Source: Phyllosticta citribraziliensis (Eukaryota). From it: DNA of 64,000 bases. Below, piece after piece: positions 22,791-35,883 of this stretch. Numbering within the stretch: the stretch's first letter is position 1; each line of letters opens with the position of its first letter. A model generated the notes under the pieces. The model was given only the letters and a program-made list of their open reading frames with translations. It was not told the origin of the DNA and ran no database searches. The DNA lies in NCBI RefSeq assembly GCF_038025025.1, contig NW_027117341.1, positions 992,001-1,056,000 of the forward strand, given 5' to 3'. The position numbers and the translations under genes are program-made.

Positions 22791-25700
22791 GATAGTAGCT
22801 TATTTTAGTTAGTTTAGTAGTTATTTTATTCCTATCCTATAGAGCCTACTTATTTACTACTAGTTACTATCTCTTATACCTCTTCTAGTACTAGTATTTT
22901 AGCTAGCTAAGTAAGTATATTAGTAAGTAGCTAGTCCTACCTATATTTTATAGTATAGCTTCTATAGATTAGGAGCTTATTATTACCTAATTATATAAAT
23001 ATATAATAGTAGTAGAAATTAGGTAAGTAAAAGGCTCTAGGATATTATTAATAAGTACTATTAATTTTACCCTCCCCTACCTAGCCTATTATTATATATT
23101 TACTATACTAGTTATTACTATTATACTAGTAATTACTTACTTATTTATTTTAGGTACTATTTTATAGATACTATATAAGCTATAAGATTAATACTTATAA
23201 TTTTATAGTAGGTTAGTATATAATCTATAGAATAATAATACTATACTATCTAATTATAATTAGTTCTATTTTTATTAAATATAATATTATTCTAGGTATC
23301 TCTACCTATAAAGTATAGGAGATAAGCCTAGATAGTTAATTCTCTAGTTTTTATATAGTTATATTATAGATATTAGATTATTAAGGCCTATTAAGTTTCT
23401 TAGACTATTCTATTATATTATAAGATTAGTAGTTTATATAATAAGTTATAAAGGTAGATTTAGATATAATTATATAATAAATTTAATAGCCTACCTATAA
23501 GAACTATAAGTTCTTCTAGTAAATTAGAAAGAAATAGATAAGGAGGAAGAGGTACCTTAGGAGGAGATAAAGGGAAGGGATAATAATCTAGTTCTTATAG
23601 TAGTAGGTACTCTCCTAGGGGCTAATAGTAGGGGCCTATAATTATTTAAGAAGGACTATCTATAGTATCTCTATTACTAGTAATTAGTACTTAAGCTCCC
23701 TTATAAGGTATAGGGCTAGCTATAGGTTTATTTAGACCTTTTACTAGACTAGCTATACCTCCTATAATTATACTATTATTAGGGATAGATAGTAATAAAA
23801 TAATATAGCTAAGCTAAGTTAATTAGCTAATACTAGATACTATAGAAATAACTCTCCCCTAGATTAGTAGAGAGTTATTATTACTAATAGAAGCTAACTA
23901 ATACTATATAAGAATAGCTTCCCTAATTTAGATAATCCTAATAAGCTAAATACTAGTACTAAAGTAAAGACTATAGTTTAGGGGAGATAATATATTATTA
24001 TTCCTTAAGATATATAAATACTTCTATACTATAGCTAGGAGTCTCCTAAAAGAGTTTATACTAAAGCTAGTTTAGTATTATAAAACCCTAATTAGCCTAG
24101 AAATCTACTATACTATTAAGTTCTAGACTAGAGATTAGGAAGGTCTAAAAGTCTAGATACTAGTATAATATAAGAACTAAGATACTAGTATAATTAGTAG
24201 AAACTAGAGCTATATTAAGAACTTAGCTAAGAGATATAAGGACCTCTATTACCCTTCTAAAGTAGATAAGTTCTTTAGGCTTTATAGGATACTTAGTAAT
24301 AAGTGTTATAGTCTATAGATAGTTAGGGATGCCTTAGGTAAGTAAGGTAGGTACTAGCTAGTAGGCTTAGTAGTATAAGTAAGTAGATAGAATAAGTAGG
24401 GCCCTAGGGCTAAGATAGAGATAATAATAATATAATCCTTATTTAAGAAAAGATATCCTAACTAAACTTATAATATTTTCTAGTAGCTAAAAGTACTATA
24501 GTACTTCCTTTTACTATAGTATCCCCTTTATATCTAGGATCTTTATTACTACTAATATATAAATACTATAAGTCTACTTCTATTAAAACCTAGGAAGATC
24601 TCCTTAAAATAGCTAATAATATACTTCTATATAGTACCTAGTAAGGATCTCCCTTCTTATATAACCTAGTACTAATATTATTATAATAGGACCCTTACTT
24701 CTACTATACTTATCCCTCTCTTTAATACTTAGTACTAGTATATAGAACTATCTATAATATAGTCCCTAAATAATAAATTTACTATATTAATTTTAGAAGA
24801 GGATATACTATTTATTTAGTAATTTAAGGCCTTTCTCTATTATAGTAAATATAAGTAATAGCTTAAATAGATTACCCTAGTAATAAGGACTTATATTAAC
24901 CTTATTATAAAAATATTTAAGCCCCTAGGTAGTATAGAAGTATTTATTTAATAAACTATAGCCTCTTAAAGGTACCTAGATTATCTAGTATACTAGAACT
25001 CTATAAGAGGTATAAATTAGGCTATCTTCTAATAAGCCTTAAAATAAGTTAATATTACCTATACTAAACTATTCCTAGAGAATTACCTAGTAGTTATAAA
25101 ATAGGAATATATAGAAGAGGCTCTAGCTAAGGGTATAAGGATTATAATACTAAGTATATTAATATCTATTAATATAGTAGGTTTACTATTAAACCTAGTC
25201 CTAACTATACTATATAAGGAGGTAGGCTAATATAATATAAGTATAGGCTTAAAAGTATCCTAGTCCCTATATAATCTATTCTAGTACCTTTCTCTAATTA
25301 TACTAGAATATCCTACTATACTAGAGGTATTAGCCCTAGATATAGTCCTTAAAGTACCTCCTTAGTTAAAAGCTAAGATAGTACCCTAGTTACCTTTAAG
25401 ACCTACTATAATTACCCTAGAAGTTATACTAGGATTAATCTAAGAACTATTAAAACCTACTCCTCCTATTAGAGGCTATACTATACCTAGATAAGGAAAG
25501 AGCTATTTAATTATCTACTTAATAGATCTACCCTCTTTTTAGGTATAAATATCTATTACCTTACTTTATAGATAACCTTAATTAAAATCTCTATACTATA
25601 TATTAATTTATCTATAATTTATACTATCTATAGAGCCTTAATAATCTATTTTACTAATACTTATACTAATTTAAGGATATTTATCTTCTTTATATTACTC

Positions 25701-26709
25701 TACTTCTATATATACTTATTAATAACTCTAGTTATAGATATATATAACTATAAGGCTATACTAGTCTTAAGATAAGTAGATAATACCTCTTTAGACTTTC
25801 TAATTAAAACCTTTTAAAGAAAAGTAGCTAGTTACCTATACTAGTAGCCTATCTATAAATAATAAGCTAGAATATAATCTATAGAGTCCCTATTCTTCTA
25901 TAGATAATAATTTTAAAGACTAGTATATTCTACTAAACTTTAGTAAAGGTACTAGCTATACTTATAAAGGCTAGTTTAAATAATCTTCCTTCCTACCTAG
26001 TTATAGGCCTTCTTATAGCTATTCTTACTAACCCTTTAGTTAACTACTTAATATTTTCTAGAGTAGTATAGGCCTAGATTTTATTTAGATCTCTAGCTAA
26101 TATCTATATAATAGTCTTTCTTTCTCTAATTAATAGTTACTAGGGAACTAGAATCCTCTTTTAAGGTATATATACTATAACTAGCTACCCCTATATAATA
26201 TAATATTATTATATATATATAACTAGTATAGTATTATAGACTAGACTAAGGAGATCTAGTAGCCTACTATAACCCTAAAATCTTTAAAAGTAAAGCTAGA
26301 TAAGCTCTAAGATATATTCTCTAAATAATAAAAAGTATAGATAGTAAACCTTACTATAATAAATAAGGGGGTTAATAAGTAACTTAAGAAGCTTAGTATA
26401 TATCTATTTATACTTAAGATAAGTATACCCTAAGGTAGAGGTAGAGTACTATTAAGACTACTATAATTATAGAAAGGGGACTATTTCTCTAATAAAAACT
26501 AGGAATAGAGATATTAAAAAAGGTATATCTAATATAAGATAGAGGAGCTACTTCTACTAAACTCCCCTTTCTTTAAGGATAGGGATAAAGAGGATAAATA
26601 ATCTATTACCTTTTAATTTATTCTCTTATAGGGTATAAGAGATAATAAGGAGTATAACTAGATCTTAATCTTAGAACTATATATAAAGAGGATAACCCTA
26701 TACTTCTAT

Positions 26710-26825
26710 TTAAATAATATTAGTTACTTTAACCCTAATCTACTAGAAGAAGATATTAGCTATAAAGTTAAATAATATTAGTTACTTTAACCCTAATCTA
26801 CTAGAAGAAGATATTAGCTATAAAG
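26710..26825 (+). repeat. Perfect 58-bp tandem duplication in gag of H
   Basis: 26710-26767 is identical to 26768-26825. Confidence 0.95.
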
Positions 26826-29800
26826 ATAGTATAATTAAATAAGGGAAGGTCTTATATTATATTATAGAATAGTTTATTAATAATACCTTAATAGTTTATA
26901 CTACCTATAGAATAGATCTAATTTATACTAACCTATAGAAGTACCTAAAAGGATTATTAAATATATAGTATACCTCCTAACTTATAGAGGAAGACTAAGC
27001 TTTTATATATACTAGATATAGTATTAATAATTAGACTTTACTATTATATAAAGACTTTAGTATAATATAATATAAGGCTATTAAAGTATTAAATAGAGTA
27101 TACTTTAGGCTCCTAGAGGTCTATATTAAAAGTATAAGGGACTTTATTATTACTTATATATATCTAGAATAAGCTACTAGTTTCCCTACTATATATAATT
27201 AATTAGCTAATACTTATATATATATTAACCCTTACTTCTAGTAGTAGATCCCTAAACCTATAATAAATACTATAGTCTAAATATTTATTAAGAATATTAA
27301 GAGTTACTAGTAGACTTAGGAATACCTATCCTAATATTTTAATATAATTACTACTAGTAAGGTATTCTTCTCTAAGGGCTAGAATTAGGGATATACTTTA
27401 ATATAGACTACTAGCTAGCCTTTTAATTAATCTAATAGAGTATACTTAGTATCCTAGTATAATATAAGTACTAGGGGACTAAGTAATATAAAATAGGTAA
27501 TCTACTTTAAGTAGGGTATACTCCCTACTCCTAATCTAAAAGGGTCTAGTTCTAGGTCCTACTTAAAGCCTAAGGATTATTATAACTATAACTATAATTA
27601 TAATTATAACTATAAACTAACTATATATATATAATACTATACCTAGGATAATTCTAAAAGTAAGTATAAGGATACTAATAAGGGAAGTAAAGATACTAAA
27701 AGTAATAAGGATACTAGTATAGAGACCCCTATAATTAATAAGGAGAAACTATAGTTAAATAATAATAAGCCTATAATTATAATAGGAGCTAATTACTACT
27801 CCTAGTATAGATATATACTTATCTAGGATAATACTTTTAACTATACTCCTAGTAATAATATAATAGTACTTAATCCTTAGAAAGTATATAATAGCTACTA
27901 AATAAGCTTCCCTTTTAAAAATAAGTTATACTAGTATCTAAGGGATACTAGTTTTAAATATAGTTTAAACTAAGTAAGTATTAAGCTACTTAAGAACTTA
28001 GGACTAAAATAAAGTACTATCTAGTTAATAGGTAACTAGTATCTAAAAGCTATTAGAATAATAGAATTAAATAATATATTATCCCCTTTTAGTATATCCC
28101 TACTCTAGTAGTTATAGCCCTTTAATAGGTATTAATCTTTCCTCTTAGCCTTATAGTATAGGTAATATAGTACTATAAGTAAGGTACTCCTATATTTAGT
28201 TAGGGATACTATTATTAAATAGTCTACCTTACTACTTTAGGGTTTAATATAGTTAATAGTAAATATAGGAAGATAAAGAATAAGGCTATAATTAATATAG
28301 AATTAAAGGTACTAATATTAGAATTATCTATAACCTTTATAAGACTTAGTATAAGAGATAACCTATCTCTATTTCCTAAATATTAATTAATAGAGATTAG
28401 TTTTAGGCTAACCCCTATAGGAATAGTAGATATTAGGTACCTTAATATAGGTACCTTATCCTTAATAGTAAATAGAATATTTTTAAAAGAAAAGCTCCTT
28501 AATATTAAGGTAATAATACTTAAAAAATCTATAATTATTATAGGAGTAGGATATAAAATAGAATATATTAATTATATAATACTTCCTCTTTACTTACTAG
28601 GATAAATTAAAATAGGATAGGCTCTTAGCTTTCTTCTCTATTATATTTAGATAACTAATAAGTTAAATATCCCTCTACTTATAAGAAATAACCTCCTATA
28701 TCTTAAAGGGGTAATTATTAATATTAGATAGAATTAAGTAGTATAGCTATATATAGGGCCTAAGGGGCTAAATACTAGTATAATAATTAAGCTATTTTCT
28801 ACTCCTATCTATTAGTATATATATACTATAAAGAATATAATAATACCCCTATAATCCTAGATAAAGCTACTTATTAAAATTCTAGAACTAGACCTCCTCT
28901 ACTAAATATATAAGTTCTATCCTAATAAAACTATATATCCTATACCTTTCCTATAAAAGGGAGGTACCCTTTATACTATAGTTACTAGTATAGATATAAA
29001 CTAGATTATTACTAGAAATAACTTAGATTAGTCTCTTATAATCTCTTAGAATATATAGCTAGGTAGTATTATTATAATAGAATTTAATAGGGTATACTAC
29101 CTTATAGATATAGAATATAGCCTAGCTAGTTTAAATCCTACTATTCCTATTATAGAGGAGGCTAAGCTTAATAATAGGATTACTATATTTAGAACCCCTA
29201 AGGTCTAGTTACTATACTAGAAATTAGTAGATTAGTTTTAAGACCTTTTCTATAACTAAAAGGGGTTTATTAAAATTCTTAAAAAGGATTAGATAAGAAT
29301 ACTATTAATCCTAGGCTAGTATAAATATTTTAAATATTAAAGACTATATCCTATATTCTAAAGGGACTATAAATTCTAAGATACTATACTTAACCCTATA
29401 TATAAATAAGGAAAGGTAGAATAGATATAAGGAGATACTTATCTTAACTTCTCTATATTTATAGTATAGAAGATAGTCCTTAAAGAGAATAAGACCCTAA
29501 AATAGAAAGGATAAGTAGTTATAGATATATAAGCCCTTAATATTATTAGTAAGAAGGACTTATAGCTACTCCCTCTAGCTATTAATATTATCTCTAATAT
29601 CTAGGGCTACCTCTATATCTTAGTAGTAGATACTATCTCTTTCTTCTATTAATAGTAGATCTATTCTAATAACTAATATAAGCTAATTATACTTACCTAC
29701 TAGGGTACTAAATAGTTAAATATAGCCCTAATAGGATACTATAACTCTATATAGTATATATAATAGTAGTATAATACTCTTCTTTAGAACTACTATATAT

Positions 29801-32800
29801 TTATATAAATATATATTAATAATATTACTATTTTCTCTAAAATATTAGAAGAATACCTAGATTACCTTAAGAAGAAAGTATTTACTATCCTTAATAGTAT
29901 AAATATAAGCCTAAGTACTAAGAAGTCTTAGTTAGGGTACCTATCTATTATACTATTAGAATAGTAGGTATCTAGGTTTAGTATTATAATATTAGAAGCT
30001 AAGATCTAGGCTCTAAAAGACCTTAAATTCCTAAGGACCCTTTAAGAACTAGAAACCTTTATAGGACTTATTAGATAGTTATAGGATAACTATTCTTATT
30101 ATATATAACTAATAGAACTATTAGAAGCTATAAAGACTATACTATTATAAAGTACTCCTAAGGATAAGTAAGTATACTACTAATATATAGTAGTATAGGT
30201 ATTACTAGACTCTCTAGTATTAGTAGTATTATTTAAGGCTATATAGATAACCCTTTATAAAATATAATAGTATTTTTACTATATACCTAAGAGACCCCTC
30301 TTTATAGATATAGATACTAATAAGGAGTTAGGTTTTAATATAATAGCCTACTATATAAAAGGTAATCCTAAACTAGTTATAGAAGACTAGACTTCTACTA
30401 TAAATATAGAGAATATAGAGGGTAAAAACCCTATTATAAATTAGCTTAAAAAGGCTAAGGACTTCTTAAAGTAGTTTATTAAGCTAATAGCCTTCTTATC
30501 TTAGTATCTTTTAGGAGTTAAGATAAGATACTAGACTATTAAGCTTAAGATAATAGGAGTTATTTAAATAGTTAAGAAATTATAAATACTTATATAGGCT
30601 TCTAAGGATACTTAGGTATTTACTAACTATTTAGTAGTTACTACTACTATATACTAGCTATACTTTAGAAACTCTTAATCTATAGAGTAATTAAACCTAT
30701 ATCTAATATATACTAGCTAATATCTAAGCTAGTATCTATTAAAGATATAGTACTAACTAGGGAGGAACTATATTATCCCTAATACTCTAAGCTAATTATT
30801 ATCTAAGATAATTATAGATATAGATAATACCCTTAATAGTATAGAATTTCCTAATAATAATAACCTAATTTAGTATACCTTAAAAGGGGGTAACTCTACT
30901 ACTTATTTCTATATAGTATTAGTAGAACTCTCTAATAAATTTAAATAAGAGCTCTATATAGTATATAATACTAATATATAATAGGTAAAGGTACTCTATA
31001 TTTTAGAGTAGGCCCTTAAATAGTAATAGGAATATAACTATAGGCTAGTAAACCCTAAGATAACTATAGATTAACCTACTAGTATAAACTCTATACCTAT
31101 AAGACTATAGTCCCCTATAACTACTAAACTAGTAATACTAGCCCCTATTACTATAGTAGAGCCTATTCCCCTTACTAATATAGAAGAAAATAAGGACCCC
31201 TATAAAGGACTAGTCCTTAGTCTATACTTCTTCCTATAGAAGGGGTTAATCTACTTTATAGATTACTTAAGAGACTAGTAAGAATAGCTATATATTCTCT
31301 AAAGCTATAAGTAAGTAGTATTTAAATAAGCCTATAATTAGTATTTCTATTAAGGTATAGACTATTATATAGATTATATTTATACTTACTACTATATAAG
31401 GTACCTATACTAGTAGGTATAGGTATATATTAATTACTATCCTAACTATTATATTAACTAAATACCTTAATATAAACCTAATAGGTTAATAGTCCCTATT
31501 ATAGTAGTAAAGGTCCTATTCTTTACTATATATATTAATTTTATTACTAAACTACCTATATATAGTAAAGGGGGTTTTAATATACTTTTAATTATAATCT
31601 ATAAATTTTCTAAAGTAATCTTACTAATCCCTAGTTAAGAGACCTAGACTATAGGTAACTAGAGAGGTTTATAGTTTAAAGAACTCTATAGATATAGATA
31701 GAGTCTACCTTTTATTATAATTATAGACTAGGACTCCTATTAGCTAGGATAATTTATAAGTAGTATTTTTAAGATAATAAAAATTAACCTAAATACTACT
31801 ACTACTTACTATCCCTAGATAGATAGATAAAGTAAGTATACTAATTAGATAGTAGAAATTATCTTATACTTCTTTATTATAGCTAACCCTAATTAGAGTT
31901 AAATAGATACTCTTCCTTATATTTAAGAAACTATAAATTCTTCCTAAAATACCTTAATAGGATATACCCCCTATAAAATCTTATATAGATTTAATCTATA
32001 AGATAATAGATATAACTAGGTAGAATCTACTAAGGATATAGATTTAAAAACCCTCTATTTAAACTATTATACTAAAGCCTAAGAAGTACTTACTTTTATA
32101 GTAGTAGTATAAAAGGAGTAATATAATAGTAAATACTATCTAGTCTAATTTAAATTAAGGGATAAAGTATATCTATAGTTATACTATAATTATAAGGTAT
32201 ATAATAACCTACTATAGAAACTCTAGAATATATATATAGGACCTTATAAAGTAATATAAGTAGTTAGTATATAGGCCTATAAACTAGCTATCCCTAATAG
32301 CTTAAGGATTTATCTAGTTATTAATATCTCTTAATTAGAAAAGGAAAAGGATAGTCCTAACCCTTTTAAGTATAATACTATATTAGAACTAGGATCTATT
32401 ATTAATACTAATAAGCTAGTACCTAAGTATAAAATCTTATACTTAGTAGATAGGTATAAATATTATAGGACTAGGAAACTATAATACTTAATTAACTAGA
32501 AAGGCTAGAGACTATAGTATTAAGTATAATATAACTTAGATAATTTAGAGGGGGTAATAGATCTTATTAAAAAATATAATATATGGTTAAATAAGGAGAT
32601 AATAATAAAGCTAGACTAGTATAGGCCCTAATAGAAACTAGGATTACCTTAATATATTACTATTATACCTAGGGACCTAGATAAAAATAATAATATAGGT
32701 AAGCTACTATCTACTAAGGTATATAATAAACTACTATAGGATAAGCTATTATATAATAAACTACTATATATACTACTAGAAATAGTTATCTTTATAGTAC

Positions 32801-32999
32801 TAAAGTAGTAAGGTTATCTACTAGATATAAAGAATAAGGAGAAGAAACCTTAAACTACTAGAGAAGAATACTAAATTAGTACCTATCTTATAGAAGGAGC
32901 TAGTATAGTATACCTAAGTACCTCCTAATAAAGAGAGGTCTATAAGAATATTACTACTAAAAATATTTTATATATATAAGTATTACTAAGTAAGAAGAG

Positions 33000-35883
33000 G
33001 ACTATATATTAGTAGGGTAACTAATACTAGCTATAGTATAAGTACCTAATTAATATTAGGGCCTATAGAATATTAACTTATAACTCTATACTAACCTTAC
33101 TATATAACCTTATCTATAATATAAAATATATAAACTACCTAAGAGACTAATATAGTTAGTCTTTAGACTATAATAGGAATAGACTTACTAGTACTACCCT
33201 AATAAATATTACTAACCTATAAGAATAGTAGAACCTTTTATATAATAACTATAATATAGTACCTAATATAGGTATAGTCCTACTAATAAATATAATACTA
33301 AATAATACCCCTACTACTAGTAATAGTATACCTACCCTAGAGTAAAATAATATTATCCCTAGGTTATAAGTATAGAATAACTACTTTTCTCCTAGTACTA
33401 GTAAGTATTTATAATAGGATATACTAACCTAAGTTACTAATAATATAGAGATAGTAGACCCCTTTAAGGCTAATCTATATACTAGTACTATAATACTAAT
33501 AATAGATATACTAATAGTAAATATACTACCTTCTACCTCTATAACTATATAAGGATATAGTATATTAGGGGCTAGAGGCTTAGGATACTAAACCTATAGC
33601 TTCTATTAAAATAATAATAGTAGTAGTATACTAGAGATATATATAAGGGAGTATAATACTAATTATAGTAATAAGTATAAGTATATTACTACTAAAGAAT
33701 TAGAGGAGGATACTAAGGATAAAAGAGAGTAGATACCTACCTTCTTACTAGAAACTATACCTTAATCTAGTTTTACCCCTAATCTAGCTATAAGCTTTCT
33801 TACTCCTTATAATCTTAGTTTAATATAGGCTCCTTATAACTTTAGTATAGTTAGAGTAACTCTATAGATTAAGGTAAGCTATAATATAGTAGATATTACT
33901 AATATAGACCTCTAGGCCTAGAATTTAGCTATTAGAAAGTAAACCTATTAACTTACTAATACTTCCTATAATACTAATAAGATTATTATAACTATAATTT
34001 AATATATACCCTAAGTTCCTAATAATAATATAGACTTAGGAAAGGAATTCCTAGATACCCTAATACTAAGGCTAAGAAAAGAAAAGGTAGAACCTAAAGG
34101 ACTAGCTATACTATAGAAGATAAAGAAAATAGGGAAGATTACTAGTATACTAAATATTACTATATAATTAAAGAAACTAAGGGGTATACCTAATATTATA
34201 CTAGATAAACTAGTAATAGTTAGTCCCTAAGGTAAAATAGGAGACTAGTTATTTATAAAGAAAAGTATATACTATCTATTCTATAATCCTAAGACTTTTA
34301 TAGAGTATAAATAAGACTAGGATACTATATTCCTTATAGATACTAGTAACTTTCCTATTATTAACTATATTTTAGGTATATTTATTAAAGATTAATATCT
34401 TCCCCTACCTAGTATAAGCCTATCCTCTATAATAATAGGTACCCTCTACTACTTAGCTTATTAAGTAATAATAGATCTAAAGTTCTATAACCTCTACTAA
34501 CTCTAGCTATTTTACTATAAAGATAGAGGACTAAACCTATATTATTACCCTAATAAATAGGCCTTATACTATTAAGATAAGGATAGTAAGATCTAGTATA
34601 TTATACTTATAAAGTAGTATAGACTTATTAGTAGGGAAGGCTATAATAAGTATATTAATAGAAAGAAGCCTAGTAATCCTAATATTAATAAGATATACTC
34701 CTAGGTAATAGGAGGCCTTACTATTTATAGTTATAATAGACTACTTTTCTCTATATATATAGATATTCTAGTCTCTAAGGATATAAAGTAGTACCTTTAT
34801 AAATAAGAAATATAGAATAGAAAAGGCTATTATACTCTTATAATAGACTATATAATAAGAGGTAATATACTATTAATAGAGCTCTATATATTTACTACTA
34901 CCCTTATAAAAAATAGGAATAAGTAGTCTATAGGTACTAAGTTCTATACTCCTAGAGTAGGAGTAGATTAGTACTAATATAATAGTCCTATTAATAATAA
35001 TAAGGTAGAGCTTATAGAGATACTTTAAGATATACCCCCTCCTAATAAAAATATAATATTATAGGATATAAAATCTAAAGGCCTAGATAAGCTTACTTAA
35101 TAGGTTTACCTAGATTACCCTAACTATACTATATTTATAGTAGATACTAATAATACCCTACTTATAACTTAGGATAAGCTACTTTTAGGTAAACCTAATA
35201 ATAATAGTAATAATATTAGATCTAATACTAGTATAAAAGACCCCTTAGTTACTAAGAATAGTCCTATTAATTAAGGTAATATTACTAGTCCTAGTAAAGC
35301 TACTTCTCTAGAATACTTAGTAAACTATATAGTATATTAATACCTTAACTTAGGTAAAGTAGGCTCTCTCTACTAATATATAGACCTAATAGCTATACTC
35401 CTTATAATAGAACCTTATTAAGCTATATATCTTATTATTAGAGGAATTATCCCTAATAAGTTTATCTCTCCTATAGTAGTTAAGAACCTTACTTTCTATA
35501 TAGGATTAAACTACCTAATCTAATATATTAGGGAGGACCCCTTAGTATATATATAGGTTACTAGGCTACTTACTTTATAGCTACTTATACTATATATACT
35601 ATAGGATATAGATAGTCTAGAGTAATAATTCCTAGGTACTAATATTAGGTTTACTAATTAATTTATAGGCTATATTTCCTTAGGATACCTTTACCCTAAT
35701 TTCTATATAAATATAGGTATTACTATATATTATATATCTATACTAGGAGAGGATAAAAGTAGTTATAGTACTAATATATAGAAAAACCTCCTTATCTAGT
35801 TATTAGCCCTACCTTATAATAATAATATAATAGGTAGTAAGGACTAGTCTAATATAGATAAAGATAGGAAGACTAGTAACTAA
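33000..35883 (+). pseudogene. RIP-inactivated extra ORF (~950 codons, unknown product) downstream of pol in H; start approximate
   Basis: One reading frame gives protein-like codon usage with scattered TAA/TAG (RIP products of CAA/CAG/CGA/CGG/TGG) and no obvious frame change. No domain recognised. Confidence 0.6.

Noticed and set aside
5828..22795. Identical TSD GATAG for C and G as a shared target motif
   Set aside because: RIP collapses several different 5-mers to GATAG, and there are only two observations.
27581..27615. Hexamer repeat TATAA(C/T) in H
   Set aside because: Most simply a RIP'd low-complexity dipeptide repeat in gag.
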